Shown here in pieces: positions 11,966 to 23,200 of a stretch of DNA of 64,000 nt (positions are counted from its first letter, which is position 1; the number at the start of each line of letters is the position of its first letter). The stretch is from Psammoneis japonica. Taxonomy: Eukaryota. The stretch spans positions 124,001 through 188,000 of the forward strand of contig QPGO01000023.1 in assembly GCA_008632985.1 (NCBI GenBank), in the 5' to 3' direction. A model generated the notes under the pieces. It was given only the letters and a program-made list of their open reading frames with translations, was not told the DNA's origin and made no database searches. Position numbers and translations under genes: made by a program.

Positions 11966-12591
11966 GCTGAATGAGAGAAAAGTGTGTGGCAACAACTGGT
12001 TGACTCTTCTTAAAAAGAAAGAAGAGGTGCAAGATGTTGTCAACACTGTCTTTGCAGCCCGTGCGATGTTCGGCGCTCGTTTTTCATTGGGAGTCAAACA
12101 TCAGAATCACAGCCCATCGCGCGTGCGGGCTCTGCACCACATGTGTGGATATGTCGTTCATTCAGACGGTCCTGACTGAGAGTGGATCAAGCTTCACTGT
12201 AAGACGAGCGGCAATGTAGAATATCTCAAACTGCAACCACTATATCCTCGTCCGGTAACACCACATGGAATAAAACGACTGTGGTTTTCATGCTAGGTTA
12301 GTAGAGGGGCTTGCACCTGACCCTGACAACGGCGAGTCTTGCATTTTCGTTTGATTGTGGGCGTTGGGTAAAGGTAGTTCTATAACTCGAATGATCATTC
12401 AATGGCAAGCTGCGGAATGCTTTGTGGTCGCCGCAAGGAGAGCTCGACCGAACAGGAGCCCCTGACGACTTGCACTCTAGTATGAAGAGCAGCGAGATTA
12501 TGGTCACCGCGTAGGATCGTCTTTCCCTTCGTTCGCATCTGCTATGCTACGCCTATATGTTCCTATGTAGAAGCTGGCCACTGCGACTGGC

Positions 12592-13869
12592 TCAGGACAT
12601 TAGGCGACCTGCTATGACTTCAGAACATCCTCGAGTATCCCCGCCGCCCTTCTTGACCCAAGTTCCATCATTCTGCTTCCAAAATGACTTTGTGTTGCGC
12701 TCAACTCCTTTGTGACGCCCCATTACTTTCCCGCTTTTGGGGTCCTTAATCTTGTGGCCGTAACCTGTAGACTGGTATACAGGAATACGCCATTGTTGGC
12801 CTTTCACGGATTCTGCAGGCCCGGCGACAAAAACAACATGGCCAGTGTTGGATTGGTTTGAATTAAGGGCCTCCTCGATTCTATCCTCTTCCAACAGCAA
12901 AACGTCTTTCAATTCCTTGCTGAGCTTTCTATCTTTCATTTTGGCTCTCAGCTTCTGAAGGTTGTCGATTTTGAGGTTTTTGAGCTTCTCAAGTTTCTCC
13001 GAAATCTCCTTGTCGAAACTTTCGGCTTTTCGGCGATAGTTTGTTTCGTTGTGGACTACGCGTTCGTCCCCATCGTCCTCGCTATCGTCGGCATCGTCTT
13101 CATCATACAGTTCTGAAGTTTTGACTCTTATGAGCAATTCCTTAAGTCCCTCTTCCGACGTTTCATCCTTGACCTTTACGTATTCTGCTCCACCAGCGGC
13201 GCATCCTTTGACCCTGTACACTAGAACATCGCCTGGAACAACCATCCTTATGTCACATATCTGTCGCCAGTCGTAACCAGCCCCCGGCTCTGTCTTATTC
13301 ATTTTGCTAAAATAGTCAAAATAGTCCTTGGCTCTCATGTAGTCTCGGTCACTTATCTGCAAAGTGATTTTCTTACTTTTGATTTCCTCATTCAAGGCCG
13401 TGGATTGAACGAATCGAACGAATCCAGAGCAGTCTACAAACATTTCCCCGTCAACGTCGAACTTTTGTTTTCCCACGAAGCCTTTTTTTGGACCATGTCT
13501 ATAAACTGTAACTGTATCCATCTTTGTACCCTTCTCTTCTTCTCTAATAACTCGGTGAACGGCTCTCTTGGCAACCCTGAGGCATTCTGCTTGATCTGGT
13601 CCAGGCAAAAACTTTAGCAGACCGTCAAAGGTGTCTTTAGACAACCGATGTCCATCAGGTAGGTTCTCATTCACGTTGTCTTTTCCTATACGGCAAGCCA
13701 CGGAAAGTTTCGCAATGGAATCAATATGAGCATATTTCTCTAAATCTCTGCACCGGTTCTTCGCCCATTTCTTGGCGTCGTCTTCCTCTTTCTTCTGCTC
13801 GTAGATCGCGAACGCTTTCAGAGCTTCCTCAAGCTGATGAGCATCACTTTCTCGTGTTTTCCAATTCAT
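12592..13869 (-). CDS. NlpC/P60-superfamily (papain-like amidase) protein with a large acidic insertion
   Basis: 425-aa intact ORF with the ordered motifs VDCSGFV, VPGDVLVY and NTGHVVFV. Confidence 0.65.
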   Translation of the reverse strand: MNWKTRESDAHQLEEALKAFAIYEQKKEEDDAKKWAKNRCRDLEKYAHIDSIAKLSVACRIGKDNVNENLPDGHRLSKDTFDGLLKFLPGPDQAECLRVAKRAVHRVIREEEKGTKMDTVTVYRHGPKKGFVGKQKFDVDGEMFVDCSGFVRFVQSTALNEEIKSKKITLQISDRDYMRAKDYFDYFSKMNKTEPGAGYDWRQICDIRMVVPGDVLVYRVKGCAAGGAEYVKVKDETSEEGLKELLIRVKTSELYDEDDADDSEDDGDERVVHNETNYRRKAESFDKEISEKLEKLKNLKIDNLQKLRAKMKDRKLSKELKDVLLLEEDRIEEALNSNQSNTGHVVFVAGPAESVKGQQWRIPVYQSTGYGHKIKDPKSGKVMGRHKGVERNTKSFWKQNDGTWVKKGGGDTRGCSEVIAGRLMS

Positions 13870-14259
13870 TCTGACTGCAGGGGGGTGTCACTGCTAATCA
13901 AAGTCGTCCTGAACGACAGCCACTGTTCGATCGATGAAGCCTGTATGGTTGCATGCTGTTGAAGTGAACGATTCGATGTGATGAGAGATGAGATGAATCA
14001 AATGATGGATGGTGCGAACGCTGAATCCAGAAATCCAAAATGCAGTCGTGGTCGCGCGGGCGATTCGTGTTACCCGTCAGCGCGAAGTTGAAGTGCGCTC
14101 TCGAGCTTTTTGTCTTTCCAAAAAGCTCAAAATAGCTCGAGCCGCAGGATTTTCTTCTGTCATTGGACTTACGGCATGCATCATGGCATCATCACGATGT
14201 TGTCACAGCAGGGCTACTTCTTGTTCCATCATACTGTAATACGGTAAGGCCGCCAAACC

Positions 14260-15120
14260 ATGAAGACAGATCAAAGTGGCAACGATAAGATTCATGTTGA
14301 TGCCCACAAGGGTGAAGCGTTGTCCAGAAACAACTCGAGAAGGTCTCCAAGAAGCGCGTCAGAAACAGAAACGTTGCTTCTGACGGCTGACGACAAGAAC
14401 GAGTGTGATTCACAACTTGTTGAAACAAACAACAAGAACTCTGTTGCAAGAACAAGCGATTCATCTTCGAGCAATTGGAGCGGATTCTTTGTGCAACATT
14501 TGAATCGAAAGACCATGTTTCTTGCCGGCGTCGCGGTTGTTGTGGGCGTTGGTTTAACAGCAGCAGGTGCCGCCTGTGTGCTTGCATTGATTGCTCTCTT
14601 GACATCTCCCACATGGCTTCCTGTTGGGCTCATGACATGTCCCTTCTGGTCACCACTGGCATTGCTCACGTCTCCTCTGTGGGTGTCGGGGTTGGTCTTG
14701 TTGGCAATCGGATTTGCATGGTGCGTGGCTGGAGCGGCCTTTGTTGCGGCAGTTTTTATCTTTTTCGCGTGGCCGACCGAGTGGTTGCCCAAGGATTCGA
14801 GCAAAGCGGAGTGGTTCTTGATGAAACGGAGTTGCGTGACTCTCTTTCTCATCAAGCTTCAAGCCAAACTTGTTTTGCACTCAGCTGGTGTTGGACCCTT
14901 GGCGGATGCCACCTTTGCGATTGCCGATCGCATTGACCTTGTTGAGTTGCAGAAGGCCATGGCTGACTTTGATTTACAACAGTGGGCTGATCAAGTGAGA
15001 CAAATGGACATTGCGCAAATGCAAGCAGTGCTTGTTGCTGCCATTCGATCCGTGGTTGGTCTGCAATCTGATGAAAGTTTCGAATGTGAGGGGCACTGGG
15101 ATTGTTTCGTGAAAGTCTAA
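14260..15120 (+). CDS. Oleosin-like long hydrophobic hairpin protein; Tyr-free, TA-mutated copy (possibly a pseudogene)
   Basis: ~90-aa hydrophobic stretch with proline-knot-like TSPTWLP/TCPFWSP/LLTSPLW; no Tyr in 286 aa; CG retained while TA is nearly absent. Confidence 0.55.
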   Translation: MKTDQSGNDKIHVDAHKGEALSRNNSRRSPRSASETETLLLTADDKNECDSQLVETNNKNSVARTSDSSSSNWSGFFVQHLNRKTMFLAGVAVVVGVGLTAAGAACVLALIALLTSPTWLPVGLMTCPFWSPLALLTSPLWVSGLVLLAIGFAWCVAGAAFVAAVFIFFAWPTEWLPKDSSKAEWFLMKRSCVTLFLIKLQAKLVLHSAGVGPLADATFAIADRIDLVELQKAMADFDLQQWADQVRQMDIAQMQAVLVAAIRSVVGLQSDESFECEGHWDCFVKV

Positions 15121-15799
15121 TTTAGCACACCACCATGGGCAACAGAAAAAGCAAGGCTGTGTTTCATCACAATGTGCCGTCTTAACAACAACATGCGTGC
15201 TGTGTGCATTGAGCTCAACGAAGAAGCGAGCAGGCAGTCGTGTGGCAGAGAGGGCAAAGGACACTCTTGAAACCACCAGGTGGGTCTGCCCGTCAAGTTG
15301 CAGCAAACGTTCTCGGTTGCCAGAGAGAAGTCAGCCAGAGGACCAATCAAGCAACTGTCACTTGGTGTCAAAAAGTCAAGATGAGGAAGCTCTGCAACAC
15401 CTCAAAAAAGAACTCGACCGGAAAGCTTGTTTCCTGTGGGATTTGACAGAGAGAGGCAATTTGCCGATTTCAGCTGGGACCGTCTCAATGGATTCACCAG
15501 AATGCAACTGGAGATTGCGCAAGCCATCATGTTTGCCAACTGTGCCAGGCAGCCTGCAAGTGAGTTCAGCTGAAAATGATTTGGGCCAACAGGAATGACT
15601 GACTCCAGTGAAGTGGTGAGAGAACCTTCCAGATCATTCTTCTGACCAAAGAAAGGGAAGAGCATCAGATTGGCAGTGAGACAAAACTCTTCAAGATTCT
15701 CCAAGGAGAAAGTTTCAAAAGTGCTGCTTCTTTTTAATTCACGCTGCAAGCAGCAAAAGGTCCTGAGACAAACAATCCCCCCAAGCAGCATCTGCAGCT

Positions 15800-16385
15800 G
15801 TTGAAGCAACTTGGTCTTTCATGGACCACAACTCTTCACCCTTGGTGCCCAAAGCACTGCAGAGCTCCAGTCAGCAGCCACAATGCCCCACAAGCAGCAT
15901 GACTGGCCCTCTTTGTTTGAGCATCAACAGTTGTTGAAGCAGCATCAAACCCATCCTCAGCAAGAATGAAAGACCTTCAATGGAGTTGATTCCTTTGCTT
16001 TTCTCTGTCTTGTCTTCATGCAGCAAAATCTCCAACTCACATTGACTGGAGTCAACTCCAGAAAGAACCTCAATTTTTTGTTGTCGTGTGACTTCCAAGC
16101 TTTTGCTCAGTCCTTCATGGATGATTCTCCATCCTTGGTTCCCAGCACATGACCACCAGAGAGCTCCTGCTGGCAATCACTGAACAGCTCCCAAGAAGCA
16201 GCTTGGGTGCCACAGCTTGTTCTGGCACTGACGACAATTGAAGTTGCTCAGTCTTTCATGGACAACTCTCTGCCCTTGGTCTCCAATGTGCCACAGAGCT
16301 CTGGTCAGGCCAATGGTCACAAAGCAGTCTCCAGGCAGCTTGGTCAGCCTGGTTTGCTTGAGCATCAACAGGTTGAGACAGTGTC
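15800..16385. repeat. Three diverged internal repeats in a decayed gene
   Basis: Recurrent gtc(t/c)ttcatgga..cc(c/a)ttggt..agagctc unit at ~15812, ~16108 and ~16250; tgagcatcaacag recurs at ~15918 and ~16359. Confidence 0.55.
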
Positions 16386-16964
16386 AAGCCCGCTGCTCAC
16401 ATCATGGGTTGCAGCAGACACCCGCATTTCATCAGCGGCAAACAACCTTCCACAGAGTTGAGTGCTTTGCATCTCTGTCTTGTTTTCATTTGGCAAAGTG
16501 TCCAACCTGTGCTCTGGAGATGAAAAAAAGAGAAGCAGCAGGCACAACTTGGCCAAGGCTGCAGCAGCATTGCCAACCACCACAGGCACAAAACACAGCC
16601 ACTTTTCTCACATTGGCAGCAGTGCATCCCCTTGTGTGACATGTGCCAGCAGTCAGTGCTGTTGATGGCAGGACCTTGTGACTTGCTTCTGATGGCCACA
16701 GCAGGGTGCGGCAACACTTCTGCTCCCAAGATTGCTGTCTCAACCTTGCCAGCTGCTTTTTGGGAGAAAACACTGGCCCCAGCAGATGCCTGCTGCACCA
16801 ACCCTTGCCAAAAGAGGGGCCAAAAGCTTTGTGAAGCCCATGTTGCCAGGGCCAAAGCAGAGCTTTTCTTGACAGCAAGAGCTGTTGGAAATGCGTGGCT
16901 TTCTCCCGCTGGACAGCGGCACATCAGGAAAAGGGGAAGACAACCCTGAGAAACCCAAACACAG

Positions 16965-17620
16965 ATGTGAGGTCATGTTTTGTTGGTGTGTTGCTCAATG
17001 ACAAGCCTCCCTCCACAATGTGTCACAAATTGGTGCATTGGCGGAGCCAAAGATGGAACTCACAACCCAAGTTGAGCTGCAGTTTGGTGCAGAGAACAGC
17101 GCAAAACTGACAGCCTGTTGGGCTGTCTGCTCCCCTCCATTGGATTGCATGGCAAGCCTTCAACAAGAGAGATGGAAGAGTTGCCATCACATTCTGTCTT
17201 GGCGCATGGTGTAGATTGATTGGGAGAGTCAATTGGGGGAAAAGGGAGCCAACACATCCAAGAGGCAATTGGAGCAGATTTTCAAATCTTGGTGGCAGAA
17301 AACAATGTCTTTTGACTTCCCCCAGCACATTTGCCTTTGTCTTTGGTGCCTTTGCCAGTGTCAAGAGAACTGGCAAGGGTTTGGACAGTGAGTGTGACAT
17401 TGGAAAGCTTGCTCAATCTTTGTTGAAAAGTTCACACCAGAAGCACAAAAGGGTTGCTCAAGTGAAGCCACCAAGAATTTTGACATTTTCTTGCATGCGA
17501 TGGGTCTCAACCCAAAGGACACACCAAGACAGCAGCAGTCATGTCACCACAAAAGATTGTGTGTGTGTTGAAAAAACCCTTCAATCCATGGAAGATGGCA
17601 GCCTCAAGGTTCGAGTTCAT
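16965..17620 (+). pseudogene. ABC1/UbiB atypical kinase fragment, copy 1 (internally deleted, frameshifted)
   Basis: FPSTFAFVFGAFASVKRTGKGLDSECDIGKLAQ...TLQSMEDGSLKVRV matches the ABC1K C-terminal consensus (FRFP.TF.F..RAF....GIGKGLD). Confidence 0.75.
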
Positions 17621-17702
17621 GAGTTGACCTGTTTTTGTGGGTGTTGGTGTGGTTTTTGCACCAGGGAAAGGGGCAAGACAATTCCGAAAAACTGGGGCAA
17701 AA

Positions 17703-18395
17703 TCTGAGGTCACATTTTGTTGTTGTTAGTGTGTGTCACTCAATGGCAAGCCCCCACAATGTGTCACAAAAATGGGCATCAGCAGAGCCAAAGATGTGGA
17801 GCTCACAACCCAAGCTGAGCTGCAGCTTGGCATGGAGAACAGCACAAAACTGACAGCTTGTTGAGCTGCCTGTTCCTCCATTGGATTGCATGGCAAGCCT
17901 TCAACAAGAGATGGAAGAGTTGCCATCACATTCCACAATGACACGTGGTTTGGATCAAGCAGTGGTGGAAAACAGGCAAGATGCTTTGTGCGTGCTTTCA
18001 GGGACAATCAATTGGAAAAAAAGGGAGCAAGCATCAATGAGACATTTGGGATGGATTTGCAAACCTTGATGGAAAACAATGTTTTTCGATTTCCCATCAC
18101 ATTTGCCTTTGTCTTTTGTGCTTTGGCCAGTGTCGAGGGAATTGGCAAGGGCTTGGGCAGTGAGTGTGACCTTGAAAAGCTTGCTCAACCCTTTGTTGAA
18201 AAGTTCACAGAAGCACAAAAGAGGTGCTCAAGTGAAGCCGCCAAGAATTTTGATGTGTTCTTGTGAGCGACGGGTCACAATCCAAAGGATGTCGAGACGG
18301 CAGTCATGCCGCTACGAATCCATAGATGACGGCAGCCTCAAGGTTCGAGTTCGATCCTTGGAAAACGAAAAAGCCCCGGAGCGAATGGCTCTTTT
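17703..18395 (+). pseudogene. ABC1/UbiB atypical kinase fragment, copy 2 (tandem duplicate)
   Basis: ENNVFRFPITFAFVFCALASVEGIGKGLGSECDLEKLAQPFVEKFTE...GSLKVRVRSLENEKAPERMAL; clear nucleotide alignment with copy 1. Confidence 0.8.
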
Positions 18396-19779
18396 TTTGC
18401 GCAGGGAGGATCGGAAAAGATTTTGGTTGCATCGCTCATGCTCAACTTTGCGGGAATTGAGAGTCGACCCATTTTTTCGGGTGTGGGTGTGGTTGAAGCT
18501 GCAATCGGTGTTCTTCAGGCTGTCACGGCAAACGCAAAGGTCAAGAAGTTCGATAAAACATATGCCAAGTTTGTCCAAACCAAGTTTGAAGGCGAAGCCT
18601 AGAGTTGAAGGTCGAAGTTGTTTTTATATTTGTTGGGTTTGTTGGTTCATTCATCCCTCTATATGTAGAGAACATAGTGCTTTAGTTTTGTCGAATATAA
18701 ACAGTTTGCTTTTTCTCGAAGTTTGGAGAAGAGGCAAGATGAATCAGAAACCCCATCTCTAGCTTATTTCTTAGAGAGTAGATACTCGTAGAGACTGCTA
18801 TTAGGTACTCGCTTGAGAAGGTAGATTGTACCCCGGAACTTGACGATCAAACACGTCGCACCACGAAATGCTCTTTGCACCGACCATTTCGCTGGAATTG
18901 ATCTTTCTTCGGTGTGGGAACAATCCACCGAAGACACAGCACCTTACGATTGCAAAAGGGGTGCGACGCCACAGCAAGATCAACCATCGCGTCTGCAGCT
19001 TTGTCGGGGTGGAGAGCGACAATGGAGCTGGGTGTTTCACCGCAATGAGCAAAACAGCGCCTTGATCTATTTGATGAAAAGTTGTGCCATCTCCATCAGG
19101 CGTGTCCCCAATCCACACCCGCAGTGTTCCATGCGGGGCGACTGCATTGTCTGAGTTGTTGGAATTCGAGGCAGCCCAAGACCACGTTCGCAAGCAAATG
19201 TGCAACACCCCGCTGCAAGAACAAATCCAAGTACGTCATCAATGTGTCAGGGAAGCTATCACCACCAAGATATTATAATCGTGGAGACCACAGCCCAAAG
19301 ATAACCGTCACGATGGCATAATGAAGTCGCTCATACAACATAATCGTGGAGACAACAGCCCATCAGAATACTGGAAAGAACACCCAATCAATCGCCCATG
19401 ATCATCATCGGCGGGCTCATGTAGTTCTTTCACCGGGAAGCGGCAAGACGTTGGTTAGCTTTATAATCTTGCGAGGTTTGCGATAGAAGGAGTGGGGCTA
19501 AGTAGATCAAGAATCCTGTCGGCCGTTTACTTCCGGAGCAAGAGACCCTTTTGACGATACAAGCCAGCACAATGGAGTAGTTGGCGCGTTATTAAGAGGA
19601 ACGGGGAGGAGAAGGACGCATTCAAGCATGGGAATTCCTCATTACGGATGGCCGTGCTTGTATCGGCTCGGTTCATAGCAGCTCGTGCATCTTCTTTCCG
19701 CTGATGGACGAGTTATTCGATGGTCGGCACCAATCTTGAATCGCGGGTAGAAGTGAATTGGGAATGTTCGAGTGCCGTA

Positions 19780-19900
19780 CGGAAGAAAAAGAAGAAGAGT
19801 CGGAGTGTTCGAGAGATAGCTTGAGAGAGAAGAATTTGAGACTTCGAGAGAGATGAGAAGAGGAGTCGGAGAGCTTGAGAGAAGCTAAGCGTGCGAAGCG
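19780..19900 (+). repeat. GA-rich low-complexity tract
   Basis: Irregular gagagaaga/gagtcggag units. Confidence 0.5.
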
Positions 19901-20906
19901 AGCATCAAGTCAGCGGGGAGGTCGGAGAAGTACAGATCTTGAAGCTGTCGCTGGGTTCGCTCAAATTTGCAATTGATGCCATCCGCTCCGATTGATTGTT
20001 CTTTTGTTTCGGTCACAAGTTCTTCGTCCCCACCTTATTGTTCCCTGATGGTTGGCTGGAGGTATTGTGTGATTGCGGATTGGTTGGAGCGGTCAAATCC
20101 TTCCATTTGACACCGGGTGAGAATCGATCATGAACTTATTGTTTCATACTTCGTGGCGCTCGCCGTGACTCATCTATTATGCAACAAAGTTCATACTCAG
20201 CCATGTCACAGACCTGTATCAACAAACAATGTGACTGGAGAAGAACTTCTTGGTCGAACTGAGGGTAATCAATTCTCTTCCAGCCCACCGCAGCCTTAGC
20301 AAAAAATATTGAACCCAAGGAGTGTTCATGGGTCTTCACTTGGTGTGCGAGTGCGATGAAGTACTTGGTAATTACTTCAATCGTTATTTCTGTTAGCGTA
20401 CAAGCAGAAAATGAGTGTAGTATAGTTGTTACGTGATAAATTGTACGGTGTGTGATTTCTGATCAAAGAATTCTCACCTCTAAAGTTCGTTCGAAAGGCT
20501 TAGAACTTGGTGCAGAATCTGGAGAAGCGAGAGAAATCAACGAAGGACCGAGTTCTAGAATCAAATAGTGCATCTACCGTCGGAGTTGAGGCGTGGCGAC
20601 ACAACAAACTCACTTTTCGTCAGGCACAGGATCGTGAGCATGACTTAGTAATGGCGTTGCGGCGAAGTTGTATCAGTTTTGAGAGTTGATGTTCTTGCGA
20701 GAAGCTGCCGGTGTTGTTGGTGTTGGCTCCTGAATCTGATGATGACGCGAAAAGGCACCGCCATTTCCACCCATATCTCGAAACGTAAAGATTCCTCCTC
20801 GTCGTGAGATGGTGTGTATGAACTATGAACAGTGCTGCGAACGAAATGGGAGAAGATGCGCTGCGACAATCTCAAAATCTGCCATGCGTCATTGCGGTGT
20901 GTTTAT

Positions 20907-21255
20907 CCCTGCTTATGCACACGAACCACCTGGTGGTCCGTGTGCATTTTGGGTGCACACGAACCACCTGGTGGTTCGTGTGCACCCTACGCAAAATGCT
21001 GCGTAGATTTGTACAGAATAAATCTGAGTACAGTAAATCCGACGTAGGATCTACGTGTTTGTACCACTCAACACTTGTCCACCGAGCCGGCAGTCTGTGC
21101 CGGCCGTCGTGATAAATATTTTATGTCAAAGAAAGAGTTCGTCAGGGCCGGCGAACAACACCCCACTACGATGCGACTGGTATAAAATGTACGTAAATGC
21201 ACAGGACCAGCATGTGGTTCGTGTGCAAATTAGAGCTCGTGAAAAATAAGCAGGG
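20907..21255. mobile_element. Non-autonomous piggyBac-like element (MITE, 349 bp)
   Basis: TTAT|CCCTGCTTAT ... ATAAGCAGGG|TTAT: 4-bp TSD, CCC/GGG termini, 10-bp TIR. Subterminal palindromes at 20916-20946, 20951-20987 (perfect 18-bp arms) and 21198-21227, asymmetrically spaced. Confidence 0.8.
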
Positions 21256-21344
21256 TTATGCTCGGGCGGGCGGAAGCAGGAAATCTTCTTGGAGCGTGGA
21301 GCTCGTTCAATGACGTCATGGGGTTCGCCCAAGCTAGCTACAGT

Positions 21345-23200
21345 GCACAAAATGTGACAGTGAAAACACCGTTGGTTTCCCGCCACATTTTCAAAAATTT
21401 TGAAACGGCAGACCGGGACACATGAAATCCGAATCACTTTGCTCATTGTTGACGAAGCACACAAATCGCCATTCGACCGTTTGAAACACATCGTTGTCTT
21501 TATTGCCATGGTTGATTCCACAACTCTGCCACAGGTGAGTCGATCGTCTCGTTCTCGTTGAGAACCAGATCTGCTGGAGTCAAGTCATTGAATGTCGTCT
21601 GCACACGATTGCCATGTAGACCTGAAGGCTTGGGTCCTTGACGGTTTTCCTCTGTGTGTTTGATTGCGTGCATCTTTGGAAGTCTGTTCGAGGCGAAATG
21701 ACGATTGCCTGTCAAAGCAGTCCGTGGTTCCGACGGAGATGCACCAAGATTGCCAGCAAACTCGCTTCTTGCGTGTGCGCTGAATGCTTGTGAACATCCA
21801 ATGTGGCAGCAACCCGGTGCCAACCAACGCACTTTTTAGTGCAACGGTTGTTCAAGCAGGAACCACATGAGGGCCAGCCTCTGCTTTCTTTTTGAACGCA
21901 CGCTGAATGCCTGCAGACGTCATGGACCAAGATGGTGTGCTTGACAACCCCGAAGGGCAGCCTTTTTCGTGAAGGTTGCAAGGTGGTTCAGACCGCTTGA
22001 GTTGCTCATTGAGCATCTCACATCTGATCCCCCACAGGTTTGATGCTCCTGTGGGTCACCGGCCCGTTGCATCAGCCACATTCTCCACGCCCCACAGCAC
22101 CTGAAGATCTGTTTTGTTGCATTTGCAATTGTGACCGTCTTGCTGAGTCATGCTTCATGACTCACACTCTTTTTTCAGATTTGATTTCCATTTGGACAGA
22201 CGACATGAATGGAGACATGCAAGAAGGAGGAGCTGCACATTGACAGGTCGTCAACAGCTGGTTCATGTTGGCAATGGTGTTGCTCTTGTTGTCGCTTTAG
22301 TCCCCGAAAGAGCAAGGCACGATGCTCCGTGTCATGGATGCCATTCAAGCCATCTGAATCTAAGTGCTGCGCTCATGTTCTCTCGGACGTGATCTTGGTC
22401 AGTCGCGCAAGCTAGTTCACAAGGCATCCAACCACAATTGGGATGCAAGGCTTTGACGTTTGACAAGGATCGATGCACCATCGTCCTCGTTGCGACCGCA
22501 CGCCGGCGGAAGTCTTCAAAAAGCTTGTTGTTGCGGTCTTCCCAAGTCCCCGCCCCAAGAACACAATCACAGTCTTCCAAGTGGTTCATCATGCAGCAAG
22601 AACTCTTGTCACTGCTCAAGCTCTGTCGAGTCAAAAGAGCCAAAAGGACGCAGCACTGTGGGCATTTCAACGGTCGCCCTTGTTCCGTTGGAATGGCACC
22701 CGTGACCTCCGACAGGCATCTGCATCACAAGACATTCAGGATCATTCAGCAAATGCAAAGCTGTGTGAGCACTCCAAGATTCCGCAGTCCACTTCACTGA
22801 GAGAGTGTTGAGATCAAGAGCCCAATCTGCATTCAAGATCAATCAAGCCCGACAAGGCCAACTGTCTCCAGAAAGAAGAAAGCTGCTGCAGCTTTGATGA
22901 ACCATTGCAATGCTGACCAAGATGTGGCAACAGCTGTGCATTGCAAATTCCAGCCCCATCCAGCACCGCACTGCTCGAAAAGCGATGCAATCTGAAATGC
23001 CATCTCAAGGATCCACTGCTCAGTTGGTCGCAGCAACGACGGCATTCCAAGCTTCGACTGCCTGTGTTGCTCGCAAAGCGTTGGTGCAAGAATGACATTT
23101 GCTCTTGAAGGTCCCCGTTGCTCCAACGTCAGATCACTTGTGCCAGCGGGACATTGATTGAGCAATCTCACTCAAAGCTTGATTGACGAATGCGATCGTT
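21345..23200. other. TA-depleted hypermutated domain 3 (CG partly retained)
   Basis: Very few TA, many CG still present; ORF peptides nearly Tyr-free. Confidence 0.8.

Larger units (their letters stand above)
7925..12190. other. TA/CG-depleted, TG/CA-rich hypermutated domain 1 containing duplicated decayed gene fragments
   Basis: No TA seen from 8041 to 8797 and very few elsewhere; CG rare; ORF-track peptides nearly Tyr-free and Cys/His-rich. Confidence 0.9.
14260..18310. other. TA-depleted hypermutated domain 2
   Basis: No TA seen from 15737 to 17211 (~1.47 kb); CG abundant at the left edge, rare in the core. Confidence 0.9.

Noticed and set aside
7925..12190. Explaining the domains by CpG methylation decay or fungal-type RIP alone
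   Set aside because: CpG decay does not remove TA and RIP increases it; TA loss also occurs where CG is retained (14260-15300, domain 3).
7929..12219. Dozens of overlapping 60-270 aa ORFs as real genes (likewise 15117-18266, 21500-23171 and 53058-60133)
   Set aside because: By-product of TAA/TAG loss; present on all six frames, Tyr-poor, no coherent domains.
18801..19320. Kelch-like gene remnant on the minus strand (VFGG..NSSE)
   Set aside because: Single weak motif with several frame breaks; not enough support.
20916..20987. CRISPR-like palindromic repeats
   Set aside because: Only a 4-bp gap between copies, no spacers or cas genes, eukaryotic context; better explained as MITE subterminal repeats.
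21376..21410. E2F-like TTTCCCGCC plus TTTGAAA promoter elements
   Set aside because: Short motifs upstream of an unidentified pseudogene; function cannot be supported from sequence alone.
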